Assembly (NCBI GenBank): GCA_041497135.1
Contig: JBGQFX010000009.1
Coordinates: 128 to 64,127 of the forward strand
DNA: 64,000 nt
DNA from: Gemmatimonadota bacterium
GTDB taxonomy: Bacteria; Gemmatimonadota; Gemmatimonadetes; Gemmatimonadales; GWC2-71-9
Direction of reading: 5' to 3'
The notes under the pieces: generated by a model
Database searches by the model: none
Seen by the model: only the letters and a program-made list of their open reading frames with translations
What the model was told of the DNA's origin: nothing
Part shown: positions 31,380-40,769 of the stretch, piece after piece
Layout: each line of letters begins with the position of its first letter
How positions within the stretch are numbered: the stretch's first letter is position 1
Program-made: the position numbers and the translations under genes

Positions 31380-31726
31380 GCGCGGTCTACCTGCGGTCGC
31401 TCGATCTCATCACCCGCGTGCGCGGGGTCCGGGGGGCCATGGTCGTCGCACGGTCAGATGGCCTGGTGGTCGCCGAACAACTGATGGAGGGGATCAAAGG
31501 GAGCACGGTGGCGGCATTGACGGCCAGCCTCGCCGGCCGGCTGCACCGCGCGATGGTGGCGGCGGGGCTCGGTCCGAGCCAGTTCTGGCATCTACAGTGC
31601 GAGCAGGGCGCGGTGCTGGCCGTTCCGGCGGGCGACGGGTTACTGATGGTCGCGGTGACGGAGCCCGAGGTGAACGTCGGCTTGGTGCGGCTCGAGCTGC
31701 TGCGCGCCGCGGAGGCGGCCGCGTGA
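31376..31726 (+). CDS. Roadblock/LC7 domain protein
   Basis: VRGVRGAMVV..DGLVV...VNVGLVRLEL. Confidence 0.88.
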   Translation: MSAVYLRSLDLITRVRGVRGAMVVARSDGLVVAEQLMEGIKGSTVAALTASLAGRLHRAMVAAGLGPSQFWHLQCEQGAVLAVPAGDGLLMVAVTEPEVNVGLVRLELLRAAEAAA

Positions 31727-32196
31727 CCACGATCCGCGCAGTCGAGACGTGGACGCTCGACCCGCTCACCACCTACGTCGTGGAAGCGGGCGCGCGGCTC
31801 GTGCTGCTGATGACGCCGGCCGGCCAGGTGCTGGCGCAGTCGGGATTCTTGCGCGCGGTGGATGTCATGTCGGCATCGGCCCTCGGGGCCGCGATCATGG
31901 CCTCGACGACCGAGCTGGCGCGCCAGCTGGGGCAGGCCCCGTTCGCGGCGCTCAACCATCAGGGCCAGCGTCATGGCATTTTCCTGAGTGGTTTCGTCAC
32001 CGATCGTGGACCGCTGATCGTGCTCGTCGTCTACGAGCTCGACGTTTCGTCGCTTGGCTTGGTGCAGTTATTCTTGGAGCAGCTTGTGGCGGACTTGCGT
32101 GCCGCCAGCCCGAAGACGGGCGCCACGCGAAAAGTGCTGGCGGCCGATTTCGAGCGCGAACTCAACGAGAGCCTGAACACGCTCTTCGGGAGATAG
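31723..32196 (+). CDS. mglB: MglB-like Roadblock protein with C-terminal amphipathic helix
   Basis: LLMTPAGQVLAQ.G...SSLGLVQL and tail FERELNESLNTLF; directly upstream of mglA. Confidence 0.78.
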   Translation: MTTIRAVETWTLDPLTTYVVEAGARLVLLMTPAGQVLAQSGFLRAVDVMSASALGAAIMASTTELARQLGQAPFAALNHQGQRHGIFLSGFVTDRGPLIVLVVYELDVSSLGLVQLFLEQLVADLRAASPKTGATRKVLAADFERELNESLNTLFGR

Positions 32197-32202
32197 GCGT
32201 TC

Positions 32203-32802
32203 GTGTCCCTCGTCAACTTTACGACCCGCGAGATCACCTGCAAGATCGTCTACTACGGTCCGGGGCGCTCCGGGAAGACGACGAACCTGCACTACATCTA
32301 CGGCCGCGTGCCCGAATCCCGCCGCGGCCGTATGGTGTCGCTCGCCACCCAGACGGACCGGACGCTGTTCTTCGACTTCCTGCCCATCGACCTGGGGCAG
32401 ATCTCGGGGTTCACCACCCGATTCCAGCTCTACACCGTGCCGGGGCAGGTCTATTACAACGCCACGCGCCGGCTGGTTCTGCAGGGGGCCGACGGCGTGG
32501 TATTCGTGGCGGACAGCCAGGCGCGACAGCTGGACGAGAACTTGGAGAGCCTGCAAAACCTGCAGGCGAACCTGCTCGAGCACGGCATCGACATACGCGC
32601 GCTGCCGGTCGTGATGCAGTACAACAAGCAGGACCTGCCCCGCGAGCTGATCCTCCAGCTGCTCGAGCTGGACGACGCCCTCAACTTCCGCGGCGTGCCG
32701 AGCTTCCCGGCCGATGCGCTGCACGGCAACGGGGTGTTCGAGACGCTGAAGGCGATCACCGAGCTGGTGCTGCGGCGCCTGGCCCAGGGGGCGCCGGCGT
32801 GA
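32203..32802 (+). CDS. mglA: MglA-family small Ras-like GTPase
   Basis: [24 protein letters not shown] (intrinsic Arg finger), TVPGQ, VFVADSQ, NKQD. Confidence 0.95.
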   Translation: MSLVNFTTREITCKIVYYGPGRSGKTTNLHYIYGRVPESRRGRMVSLATQTDRTLFFDFLPIDLGQISGFTTRFQLYTVPGQVYYNATRRLVLQGADGVVFVADSQARQLDENLESLQNLQANLLEHGIDIRALPVVMQYNKQDLPRELILQLLELDDALNFRGVPSFPADALHGNGVFETLKAITELVLRRLAQGAPA

Positions 32803-34754
32803 CTTCCGCGCTGAACCCGAAGTTCACCTTCGACACCTTCGTGGTGGGCGCCGCCAACCGGCTGGCCGTGACGGCGGCGCGCACTGTGGCGGAAAGCCCC
32901 GGCTCCGCCTACAACCCGCTCTTCATATACAGCGGCTCCGGGCTCGGCAAGACGCACTTGCTCATGGCGATCGGCGCCAATGCCAAGCGGTTGGCCCCCG
33001 CGCTCAACGTCGAATACCTGACCCTGGACGAGTACGTCGAAGCGTTCCACGCCGCCATCGCGGCCGGTCAGGGCGACGCGTTCCGCCGTCGGTTCCAGAC
33101 GGTCGACGTCCTGCTGGTCGACGACGTGCAGTTCCTCGCCAACCGCCGGGAGATGCAGACCGAGTTGTTGCGGCTGTCGGAGGCGTTGCAGATCGCCGGC
33201 CGCCAGATCGTGCTCACGAGTGATCGGCCCCCCGCCGAGATCGAGGCGCTGGACGAGCGGCTGATTTCCCGCTTCTCGGGCGGCCTCGTCGTGGATATCG
33301 GGGCCCCGGACTACGAGACGCGGGTCGCCATCCTGCGCCGCAAGGCCGAGGAGCGCGGCGCCGAATTCCCGCCCGGCGTGCTCGAGACGGTGGCGGCCGC
33401 GGAATTCACCAACGTGCGCGAGCTGATGGGCGTGCTCAACCGGCTGGTCGCGTACCAGGCCGTGAATGAGACGCCGCTCACGGCGGAGGCGGCGCAGGGG
33501 CTCCTGGGTCTCGAGCCGCGCCCGAGCGCCGGCGCGGCTGCGACGTCCGCCGCCGAGCGGATCGGCCACCCGGACGAGTTCGCCGCGTTTCTCACCGACG
33601 TGACGGTGACGGTCGGCAAGGCGGTCGAAGCATGGCGGGCGCGGATCGCGGAGGCGATCCTGCGCTGGGAAGGCGAAGGCTATCGGACGCGGCGGCTCGA
33701 GTCGCTGCTTGAGCAGGAAACCCCGCTCGCCCCGGACGAGGAGATCGCCACCTACGCCCGCGACGTCGAGCGGCTGCGGGCGCTCGAAGCCGAAGTGTCA
33801 CAGTTCGATCCGCAAGCGGCGGGGCAGAGCGTGTTCCGCGACCCGGAGCGGCTTGCCGAGGCCGAGGAGGCGGCGGCGCGAGTGCGCGCCGGTGCGGCGC
33901 CGCCGCCCGCGCCCTCCGCCGCGATGCCGTTCAGCACGTTCGCCGTCGGCGCGTCGAACCAGCTCGCCGTGAACGTGGCCCGCGAAGTGCTGGAGGAGCC
34001 CGGCCGCCGCTACAACCCGCTGGTGCTGCTCGGCAAGAGCGGCGTCGGCAAATCGCACCTGCTCAACGCGCTGGGGCTCGAGCTGGCACAACAGCCGGGC
34101 GCCATCGTGGCGTGCCTGTCGACGCAGGCGTTCATCGACGAGCTGATCGTCGCGATCGACGGCAACCGGATGGAATGGTGGCGCGCCCGCTACCGCCGCG
34201 CCACGGCGCTGCTGCTGGACGACATCCACCTGCTGGGCGGCAAGGACCGGACGCAGGAAGAGCTGTTCAATCTGTTCAACCTGTTCCAGGACCTGGAACG
34301 ACAGCTGGTGTTCACCGCGCCGGCCCACCCCAAGACGCTGCGGGGGATCGAGCAGCGCATCGCCTCCCGGCTGGAGGGCGGCCTGGTGGTGGAGCTGGTC
34401 GAGCCGGATCGCGACGTGCGTCGTACGGTCATCCGGCGCGCACTCGGAGCGCAGGATGTGCCCGAGGATCCGGTGCTGATCGACTATCTCGCCGATCGCC
34501 CGGCCGATTCGGTGCGCAGCCTGATGGGAGTGCTGCAGCGGGTGGTGAGCGCGGCGGCGGCGCAGGACGTGCCCGTGAGTGCCGGACTCGCGCGCGAGGT
34601 GCTCGAGGGCGGCACAGCCGCCGAGCGGCGCCGCACCGTCGGATTCCGCACATCGGGGATCGTGGTGTCGAGCGCGGGGGGCGTGCGCAGCCGCGAGAAG
34701 ATCGTGTGGGATTGGGCTTCGCCCGCGGACCGCCTGATCGAGGAGCTGCGCTAG
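32799..34754 (+). CDS. Tandem DnaA/Hda-type AAA+ protein (two ATPase domains, no DnaA domain I or IV), 651 aa
   Basis: Domain 1: [51 protein letters not shown]. Domain 2: [43 protein letters not shown]. Start is the GTG overlapping the mglA stop. Confidence 0.9.
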   Translation: MTSALNPKFTFDTFVVGAANRLAVTAARTVAESPGSAYNPLFIYSGSGLGKTHLLMAIGANAKRLAPALNVEYLTLDEYVEAFHAAIAAGQGDAFRRRFQTVDVLLVDDVQFLANRREMQTELLRLSEALQIAGRQIVLTSDRPPAEIEALDERLISRFSGGLVVDIGAPDYETRVAILRRKAEERGAEFPPGVLETVAAAEFTNVRELMGVLNRLVAYQAVNETPLTAEAAQGLLGLEPRPSAGAAATSAAERIGHPDEFAAFLTDVTVTVGKAVEAWRARIAEAILRWEGEGYRTRRLESLLEQETPLAPDEEIATYARDVERLRALEAEVSQFDPQAAGQSVFRDPERLAEAEEAAARVRAGAAPPPAPSAAMPFSTFAVGASNQLAVNVAREVLEEPGRRYNPLVLLGKSGVGKSHLLNALGLELAQQPGAIVACLSTQAFIDELIVAIDGNRMEWWRARYRRATALLLDDIHLLGGKDRTQEELFNLFNLFQDLERQLVFTAPAHPKTLRGIEQRIASRLEGGLVVELVEPDRDVRRTVIRRALGAQDVPEDPVLIDYLADRPADSVRSLMGVLQRVVSAAAAQDVPVSAGLAREVLEGGTAAERRRTVGFRTSGIVVSSAGGVRSREKIVWDWASPADRLIEELR

Positions 34755-36373
34755 TGGCGATCAAGGGCTCGCTGCGGGAAGCCTCCCTGCCGGACGTGCT
34801 CCAGCTGCTGGCGCTCGGGCAGAAAACCGGCTGTCTCTCGATCGCCGATCGCTCGAACTTCGGCTACATCTTTTTCGATCGCGGCCGCATCTGCTACGCC
34901 TCGATCGTCAACCGCCGCGACCGCCTCGGCGACATCCTTGTCAAGCACGAGAAGATCAGCCAGGAGCAGCTCGACGCCGCCGTGGCGCGCCAGGCGCGCG
35001 AGCGCGACAAGAAACTGGGCGAGATCATGGTGGACCAGGGGGCGATCTCGCAGCCCGAGTTGGAGCGCTACATCCGGGTGCAGATCGAAGAGGCCGTGTA
35101 TTTCCTGTTCACCTGGACCCAGGGTACGTTCAACTTCGAAGCCGACGTCCGCGCGGAGCGCCAGGACTTCCTCGTGTCGATCAACCCCGAGTCGCTCCTG
35201 CTCGAAGGGGCGCGCCGGGTGGACGAGTGGAGCCTGATCGAGAAAAAGGTGCCGTCGTTCGACATCATCTTCATCGTCGATCACGAGCGACTCGATATCA
35301 GCGAGGCCACGCTCACCGAAACGCAGCAGCGCATCCTGCCATTGCTCGACGGCTCCCGCGACGTCAACCAGATCATCGAAGACTCCGGGCTGGGAGAATT
35401 CGAGATCGGCAAGGCCCTGTACGGGCTGATCACCGCTGGCTTCCTGCATCGCGCGGGACGCACCACCTCGGCGGAGCAGCAGAAAATGAGCGACGCCCGC
35501 GTCGAGGAGCACCGCAACCTCGGCGTGGCGTTCTATAAGACCGGAATGCTGGACGAGGCGGCCCGGGAGTTCCGGCGCGTCGCCGAGCTGCGCGCCGGCG
35601 ATCCCAACGCGATGTTTTTCCTCGGCCTCGTGGCGCTCAAGCAGGCGCGCTGGCGCGAAGCGATGGAATCGCTGCGGTCCGCGGCGGAGAAAGGCGGCAG
35701 TCGCCCTGCGGTGCTGCACAATCTGGGATTTGCCTACGAGCAGCTGGGGCGGCTGGACGAAGCCGAAGCGTCCTGCGCCGAGGCGGCGTCGCGGGCGCGG
35801 ACCGATCCGCGCATCTATCTGGGGTGGGGCATCGTCGCGCTGAAACGCGGCGACCACACCGGCGCCGGTGGGCGGCTGGACCGGGCCAAGGAGCTGTACG
35901 GCTCGCAGCAGCCGCCGGCGGTGTGGTATTGGGCGCGGACGCTGGCGGCGGGGTTGGGCAGCGACTTCGAGTCCGCCGAGCATATCGGCGCGGCCGGGAT
36001 CGCGGCCTATCCGCAGAGCGCGGTATTGCGCAACAACCTCGCCGTGCTGCGCGAGCTGAGCGGCGATCTGCGCGGCGCCGAGGATCTGGTGCGGGTGGCG
36101 ATCCAGGACGAGCCGTCGCAGCCGCAGCTCTCCAAGAACCTCGGCGACCTCGCGTATCGCGCCTCACGCTATGACGAGGCGTGGACCGCGTATCGCCGGG
36201 CGGTGGAGCTCGCCCCCGACCTGGGGGACGACGTCTACTTCAAGCTGGGCAACATCGCCTACAAGCGAAACGACCGCGAGCTCGCCGCCCAGCTCTGGCG
36301 GCGGGCGCTCGAGCTGAACCCGAGTCACGAATTGGCGAAAACGAACCTGGAGACCTTGAGCACGCTGCAGTGA
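34754..36373 (+). CDS. Second DUF4388 protein with MshEN-like motifs and TPRs
   Basis: AIKGSLREASLPDVLQLL...KTG, RLGDILV/KLGEIMV, LLLEGARRVDEW, C-terminal TPRs. Confidence 0.87.
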   Translation: MAIKGSLREASLPDVLQLLALGQKTGCLSIADRSNFGYIFFDRGRICYASIVNRRDRLGDILVKHEKISQEQLDAAVARQARERDKKLGEIMVDQGAISQPELERYIRVQIEEAVYFLFTWTQGTFNFEADVRAERQDFLVSINPESLLLEGARRVDEWSLIEKKVPSFDIIFIVDHERLDISEATLTETQQRILPLLDGSRDVNQIIEDSGLGEFEIGKALYGLITAGFLHRAGRTTSAEQQKMSDARVEEHRNLGVAFYKTGMLDEAAREFRRVAELRAGDPNAMFFLGLVALKQARWREAMESLRSAAEKGGSRPAVLHNLGFAYEQLGRLDEAEASCAEAASRARTDPRIYLGWGIVALKRGDHTGAGGRLDRAKELYGSQQPPAVWYWARTLAAGLGSDFESAEHIGAAGIAAYPQSAVLRNNLAVLRELSGDLRGAEDLVRVAIQDEPSQPQLSKNLGDLAYRASRYDEAWTAYRRAVELAPDLGDDVYFKLGNIAYKRNDRELAAQLWRRALELNPSHELAKTNLETLSTLQ

Positions 36374-37203
36374 GCGAATCGGCCGAGGAGCAGGCGTTCC
36401 GGGCCCTGACCGATAAGATCACCCGGGCGCGCGGCATCTGCTGCGACGCGTACAAGGACCGGTGCCTGAAGCGGCGCATCGCGGTGCGCATGCGGGCCCG
36501 CGGCGTGCACAGCTTCGCCGACTACAGCCGGGTGCTGGACGGCGATGCGCACGAGTACGACCTGCTGCTCGACGCGCTCACCATCAACGTCACCAAGTTC
36601 TTCCGCAACCCGGAAACCTGGGCGGCGCTGGCGCCGCATCTGTTGGAGCGCTGGCGGGCGAGCGCCGGCGCGTTCGTCGCCTGGTCCGCGGGCTGCGCGT
36701 CGGGGGAAGAGCCCTACACCGTGGCCATCGCGCTGGCCGAAGTGGCCCGCGGCTCGCTCACGTCCGATCGGCTGCCACGCGCGCGCGTCATCGCGACCGA
36801 CATCGATCGCGTCAGCCTTGAGCGCGCCCAGGCCGCGCGCTATCCGGCCACCGCCTATTCCGAGATGCCCGTCGAGCTGGCGCGCCGCTGGCTCGAGCCG
36901 ACCGCGCCGGACGGCACGCGCGCCCCGGTCGCCGCGATTCGCGCCCTGGTCGATGTGCGGCGCCTCGACCTCACGCGCGAGCGGTCCCCGGAGACCGCCG
37001 ATGGACTCGACCTGATCGTGTGCCGAAACGTGGTGATCTACTTCGACCGGGAGACCCAGGAGCGGCTGTTCCAGACCTTCGCCCAGGCGCTGAAGCCCGC
37101 CGGCGTGCTGCTCCTGGGCAAGGTCGAAACCCTGCTGGGCCCCGCGCGGGAGCGGCTGCGGCTGCTCGACGCGCGCGAGCGCATCTACCAGAGGCCCGCG
37201 TGA
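36370..37203 (+). CDS. cheR: Protein-glutamate O-methyltransferase CheR
   Basis: TINVTKFFRN, WSAGCASGEEPY, ATDID, CRNVVIYFD. Confidence 0.95.
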   Translation: MSESAEEQAFRALTDKITRARGICCDAYKDRCLKRRIAVRMRARGVHSFADYSRVLDGDAHEYDLLLDALTINVTKFFRNPETWAALAPHLLERWRASAGAFVAWSAGCASGEEPYTVAIALAEVARGSLTSDRLPRARVIATDIDRVSLERAQAARYPATAYSEMPVELARRWLEPTAPDGTRAPVAAIRALVDVRRLDLTRERSPETADGLDLIVCRNVVIYFDRETQERLFQTFAQALKPAGVLLLGKVETLLGPARERLRLLDARERIYQRPA

Positions 37204-37685
37204 CCGCGCGCGAGCAGTTCGTCCGCGTGGCCGAGTGGGCCGTGGGGCGTGAGGGCGTGATCGTCTCCCTGGGGCTCGGCTCCTGTGTCGCGATCATGCT
37301 GCACGATCCACGCGCATGCATCGGCGGCATGGCGCATGTGCTGCTGCCCTCGAAGAGCCTGTCCCACGACCAGGACAAGCCGGCGAAGTTTCCCGAGACC
37401 GCCGTGCCGTTTCTGGTCCAGCGCCTCGTCGCCGCTGGCGCGGACCGGCATCGGCTGGTGGCGAAGCTCGCGGGGGGCGCCAGCATGTTCGCGCAGCTCA
37501 TGACGCCGGGCGCGGTACAGATGGGCGAGCGCAACATCGCGGCGTCCCGATCGGTGCTGCGCGAAGCCGCGATCCCCATCATCGGCGAATCCGTGGGCGG
37601 CGAGCGAGGCCGCTCGGTACGGTTCCACGTCGCCGACGGGCACGTGGAGAGCCACACGGTGGGCGGTGATGAAGTCGTCTTCTAA
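37200..37685 (+). CDS. cheD: Chemoreceptor glutamine deamidase CheD
   Basis: [29 protein letters not shown]. Confidence 0.95.
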   Translation: MTAREQFVRVAEWAVGREGVIVSLGLGSCVAIMLHDPRACIGGMAHVLLPSKSLSHDQDKPAKFPETAVPFLVQRLVAAGADRHRLVAKLAGGASMFAQLMTPGAVQMGERNIAASRSVLREAAIPIIGESVGGERGRSVRFHVADGHVESHTVGGDEVVF

Positions 37686-38766
37686 GGGCCGGCCCACGGT
37701 CCTCGTGGTGGACGACAGCGCGCTGATGCGACGTGTGCTCAGCGACGTGCTGAGCGGCGAGCGGGGCGAGGGACCGTTCCGCGTCGTCGCCACCGCGCGA
37801 GACGGCTTCGACGCGGTGCAGAAGGTGCATCAGCTGCAGCCCGACGTGGTCACGATGGATCTCGAGATGCCGGAGCTCGACGGGCTCGGCGCCATCGGGT
37901 ACATCATGTCGGAAACGCCGCGCCCGATCGTGGTCGTGAGCGCGCACGCGGGACCCGGAACGGAGGCGGCGATCCGGGCGCTCGAGCTGGGCGCGGTCGA
38001 GATCGTCGCCAAGCCGGTCGACGCGACGCGGGAGGCCCTGGTCAGCATGGGCCCGCGGCTGATTGCGGCCGTGCACGCGGCGCTGGCGGCCGACGTGTCG
38101 CGCCTGCCGGTGCTCGCCCGGCCGCCGACGCCCGCGCCGCGCGCCCCGGCGCTCGAGTTGGGCCGGCGGGCGCACGTCGCCGTCGCCATCGCGGCGTCGA
38201 CGGGCGGGCCGCGGGCGCTGGCGGAAGTGCTGCCGCGGCTGCGGGTGGGCCTACGGGCCGCGGTGCTGGTGGTGCAACACATGCCGCCGCGGTTTACGCG
38301 CAGTCTGGCCGAGCGCCTGTCCAGCATGAGCGCGCTGCGGGTGGTGGAAGCGGACGCGGGCGCTCCGCTGGTGGCCGATACGGCGTACGTCGCTCCGGGC
38401 GATTATCATATGCGAGTGATCCCGGCGGAGGACGGTCCCGTGATTGCCCTGGACCAGGGGCCGCCCGTGTGGGGCGTGCGTCCGGCCGCGGACCCGCTGT
38501 TTCGCTCCGTGGCGCTCGTGTTCGGGCCGCGCGCTGTGGGGGTCGTGCTGACGGGCATGGGACGAGATGGAGCGGAAGGGTTGCGGGCGATCCATGACGC
38601 CGGCGGCGGGGGGTTCGCACAGGACAAGGACTCGGCGGTGATCGCAGGGATGCCCACGGCGGCGTTTCAGGCTGGTGGCGTGGATGCGGTGGTGCCGCTG
38701 GCGCAGATGGCCGATCGCATCGCCGCCGAGCTGGTGCGCCGCGGCGGGATGGGAGGCCGCGCGTGA
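37669..38766 (+). CDS. cheB: Methylesterase response regulator CheB
   Basis: REC domain plus ASTGGP, QHMP and LTGMGRDG catalytic motifs. Confidence 0.96.
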   Translation: MKSSSKGRPTVLVVDDSALMRRVLSDVLSGERGEGPFRVVATARDGFDAVQKVHQLQPDVVTMDLEMPELDGLGAIGYIMSETPRPIVVVSAHAGPGTEAAIRALELGAVEIVAKPVDATREALVSMGPRLIAAVHAALAADVSRLPVLARPPTPAPRAPALELGRRAHVAVAIAASTGGPRALAEVLPRLRVGLRAAVLVVQHMPPRFTRSLAERLSSMSALRVVEADAGAPLVADTAYVAPGDYHMRVIPAEDGPVIALDQGPPVWGVRPAADPLFRSVALVFGPRAVGVVLTGMGRDGAEGLRAIHDAGGGGFAQDKDSAVIAGMPTAAFQAGGVDAVVPLAQMADRIAAELVRRGGMGGRA

Positions 38767-39170
38767 GCATGGGATTCCTGTTGGTGCGTGCCGAACGGCG
38801 TCCGTACGGGCTGCCGTTGGACTGTGTCGTCGAGGTGACGGATCTGACCGAAGTGCTGGAGGTGCCGCGGGCCGAGGTGGCGGTGCGGGGGTTGACGCCG
38901 CTGCGCGGGCGCTTGGTGCCGTTGGTGCATCTGGCGGCGTTTCTTGGCCGGCGCGCACCGCCAGCCGAGCGGGGTCGCGCCGCCGTACTGGTGCAGCTGG
39001 GGGGGCGCTTCGTGGCCTTCGAGGTGGACGACGCGGACGAGGTGGTGCGAGAGGCCCCGCTGCCGGTACCCGACGGCGCCTCGCTGCCGTGGGCGGCGGG
39101 CGTGGCGCTGCGTGGTGACGGCCTGGTGCCGATTCTGGATCTCGAGGCGCTGGGGGACCGTATCGGATGA
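38763..39170 (+). CDS. cheW: CheW-like protein 2 (short, divergent)
   Basis: YGLPL..VVEV...[17 protein letters not shown]...PILDL. Confidence 0.85.
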   Translation: MSMGFLLVRAERRPYGLPLDCVVEVTDLTEVLEVPRAEVAVRGLTPLRGRLVPLVHLAAFLGRRAPPAERGRAAVLVQLGGRFVAFEVDDADEVVREAPLPVPDGASLPWAAGVALRGDGLVPILDLEALGDRIG

Positions 39171-39646
39171 CGACGACCACCACGGGCGACGACGTCCAGC
39201 TGGTCACGTTCCGCGTGGCCGGTCAGGACTTCGCGTTCAACATCTTCCAGGTCGAGCGGATTCTCCGCTACGAATCGCCGGCGCCGCTGCCCAAAGCCCC
39301 GGACTTCCTGGAAGGGGTGCTGCAGTACCAGGGTGGCCCGGTGCCGGTGATCGACCTGCGCAAGCGCCTCGGCGTCGAGGCGCCGCTCAAGGACGACACG
39401 CGTATCATCGTGCTGGACTGGGATGGCGGCAAGATCGGCTTCGTGGTGGATACGGTGACCGAAGTGCTGCAGATCGGCGCTGGGGACGTGATCCCGCCGC
39501 CGGCGATCGTCAAGGGGCTCGCCGCCGAGTACATCACCGGTCTCGTCGGCCGTGAGGCACGCACCATCATCGTGCTCAACACGGCGAAGCTGCTCGCATC
39601 GAAGGAGAAGTTGGCCCTCACCACGGCCCTCAAGGGGTCGACCTGA
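39167..39646 (+). CDS. cheW: CheW-like protein 3
   Basis: QLVTFRV, LPKAPDFLEGV, PVIDLRKRL, GFVVD.V.EV. Confidence 0.92.
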   Translation: MTTTTTGDDVQLVTFRVAGQDFAFNIFQVERILRYESPAPLPKAPDFLEGVLQYQGGPVPVIDLRKRLGVEAPLKDDTRIIVLDWDGGKIGFVVDTVTEVLQIGAGDVIPPPAIVKGLAAEYITGLVGREARTIIVLNTAKLLASKEKLALTTALKGST

Positions 39647-40512
39647 TGCGCGAATCTCCGATGACCGCCTTGCGCGTCGAGTACGACGCGATCGCGCAGC
39701 GCCTCGACAACGCCGGCACGCACGGGGAGCGGGATGCGGTCAAGCAGGAGATCATCTTCTTCTTCAAGCAGGTCGATACGCTGCTGGGTGAGGTGGGGCA
39801 GCTGAAGGAAGACATCCGGGTGCTGGTGGACAAGTACAAGCAGCTGCAGGCGGCATCGACCGCCGAAGCGGCCGCGCCGGAGTTCACGGGCATTCGTCCC
39901 GCCGTGAAGGCTGACCACATCGGGGCGTCGACCTTCATCGAGAAGGGATGGAGCCTGATCTCGCTCGGCGATCATGACGGGGCGATTCAGGCGCTGCAGA
40001 AGGCGTTGCAGCTCTCGCCGGGCGAAACCCAGGCGGAATCGCTGCTCGGCTGGGCGCAAATGCTGCACGGCGACTATGACGACGCGCTGTCCACGTTTCA
40101 GAAAGTCCTGATGAAAGAGCCCGCCAATTCGCTCGCCCGCATCAACGTCGGCTACATCTGCCTCAAGAAGCGCATCTTCGGCGAAGCGATCGAGCACTTA
40201 TCCAAGGCGATTCGCCTCGACAACGACAAGAAGGCGACGCTGTACGCGCATTTCTATCTCGGACTCGTGTATCTGAACCGCGAGATGTATGAAGACGCGC
40301 AGACGTTCTTCCAGAAGACCCTGAAACTCGGTCCCAACCTGATTGACGCCTATTACGAGCTCGGACGCGCCTTCTGGTTCGGCGGCGATCAGGAGCAGGC
40401 GCGTCGGTCGTGGGACGAGGGATTCAAGGCGAACAAGTTCAATCCCTGGGGCCGCAAGTGTCAGGAGACGCTGACGCTCGTGGCTCAGGGGGAGGCCCCC
40501 CCGCGTCCCTGA
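39646..40512 (+). CDS. Protein with N-terminal coiled coil and C-terminal TPRs
   Basis: Heptad-rich N-terminus (about aa 6-70) followed by about five TPRs; ATG overlaps the cheW3 stop. Confidence 0.88.
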   Translation: MRESPMTALRVEYDAIAQRLDNAGTHGERDAVKQEIIFFFKQVDTLLGEVGQLKEDIRVLVDKYKQLQAASTAEAAAPEFTGIRPAVKADHIGASTFIEKGWSLISLGDHDGAIQALQKALQLSPGETQAESLLGWAQMLHGDYDDALSTFQKVLMKEPANSLARINVGYICLKKRIFGEAIEHLSKAIRLDNDKKATLYAHFYLGLVYLNREMYEDAQTFFQKTLKLGPNLIDAYYELGRAFWFGGDQEQARRSWDEGFKANKFNPWGRKCQETLTLVAQGEAPPRP

Positions 40513-40530
40513 AGCACCTTCACTAACTGC

Positions 40531-40559
40531 TTGACGGACTACGGATTACGGGCTAAGAT
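40531..40559 (+). promoter_or_regulatory. Sigma70 promoter
   Basis: TTGACG-17 bp-TAAGAT, near consensus, 9 nt before ATG 40569. Confidence 0.7.
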
Positions 40560-40568
40560 AGCTGGCTT

Positions 40569-40754
40569 ATGCCCGACCCGAGCATCGCGCGCTCGCGCCT
40601 GCGCTATGGTCCGCGAAACTTCGTTCTGCTGGGCAGCGCCCTGTGCTGCATCACGCTGGGTTACTGGCTGCTCTCGCGGGGATCGACCACGGCGGCATCG
40701 ATCCTGCTCGTGCTGGGGTACTGCGTGTTGTTCCCGGTCGGGCTGGCCCTCTGA
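40569..40754 (+). CDS. Small two-TM membrane protein, DUF3098-like
   Basis: YGPRNFVLL...LGYWLL...ASILLVLGY pattern; follows a good promoter. Confidence 0.7.
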   Translation: MPDPSIARSRLRYGPRNFVLLGSALCCITLGYWLLSRGSTTAASILLVLGYCVLFPVGLAL

Positions 40755-40769
40755 ACGACTCGCGTGAAC

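Noticed and set aside
31749-32798. 1001-aa ORF suggesting a long N-terminal extension on the DnaA-like protein
   Set aside because: The first ~350 aa are an out-of-frame read through mglB and mglA; the real start is the GTG at 32799 overlapping the mglA stop.
33850-33885. [10 protein letters not shown] in the DnaA-like linker as an MCP-type methylation site
   Set aside because: Only a partial match to the consensus, and such Ala/Glu-rich helices are common by chance.
32799-34754. Canonical dnaA/oriC
   Set aside because: No domain IV, no dnaN/gyrB/rpmH context, and no cluster of TTATCCACA boxes seen; the closest matches (e.g. TTATCCAAG near 40198) are isolated and inside coding sequence.
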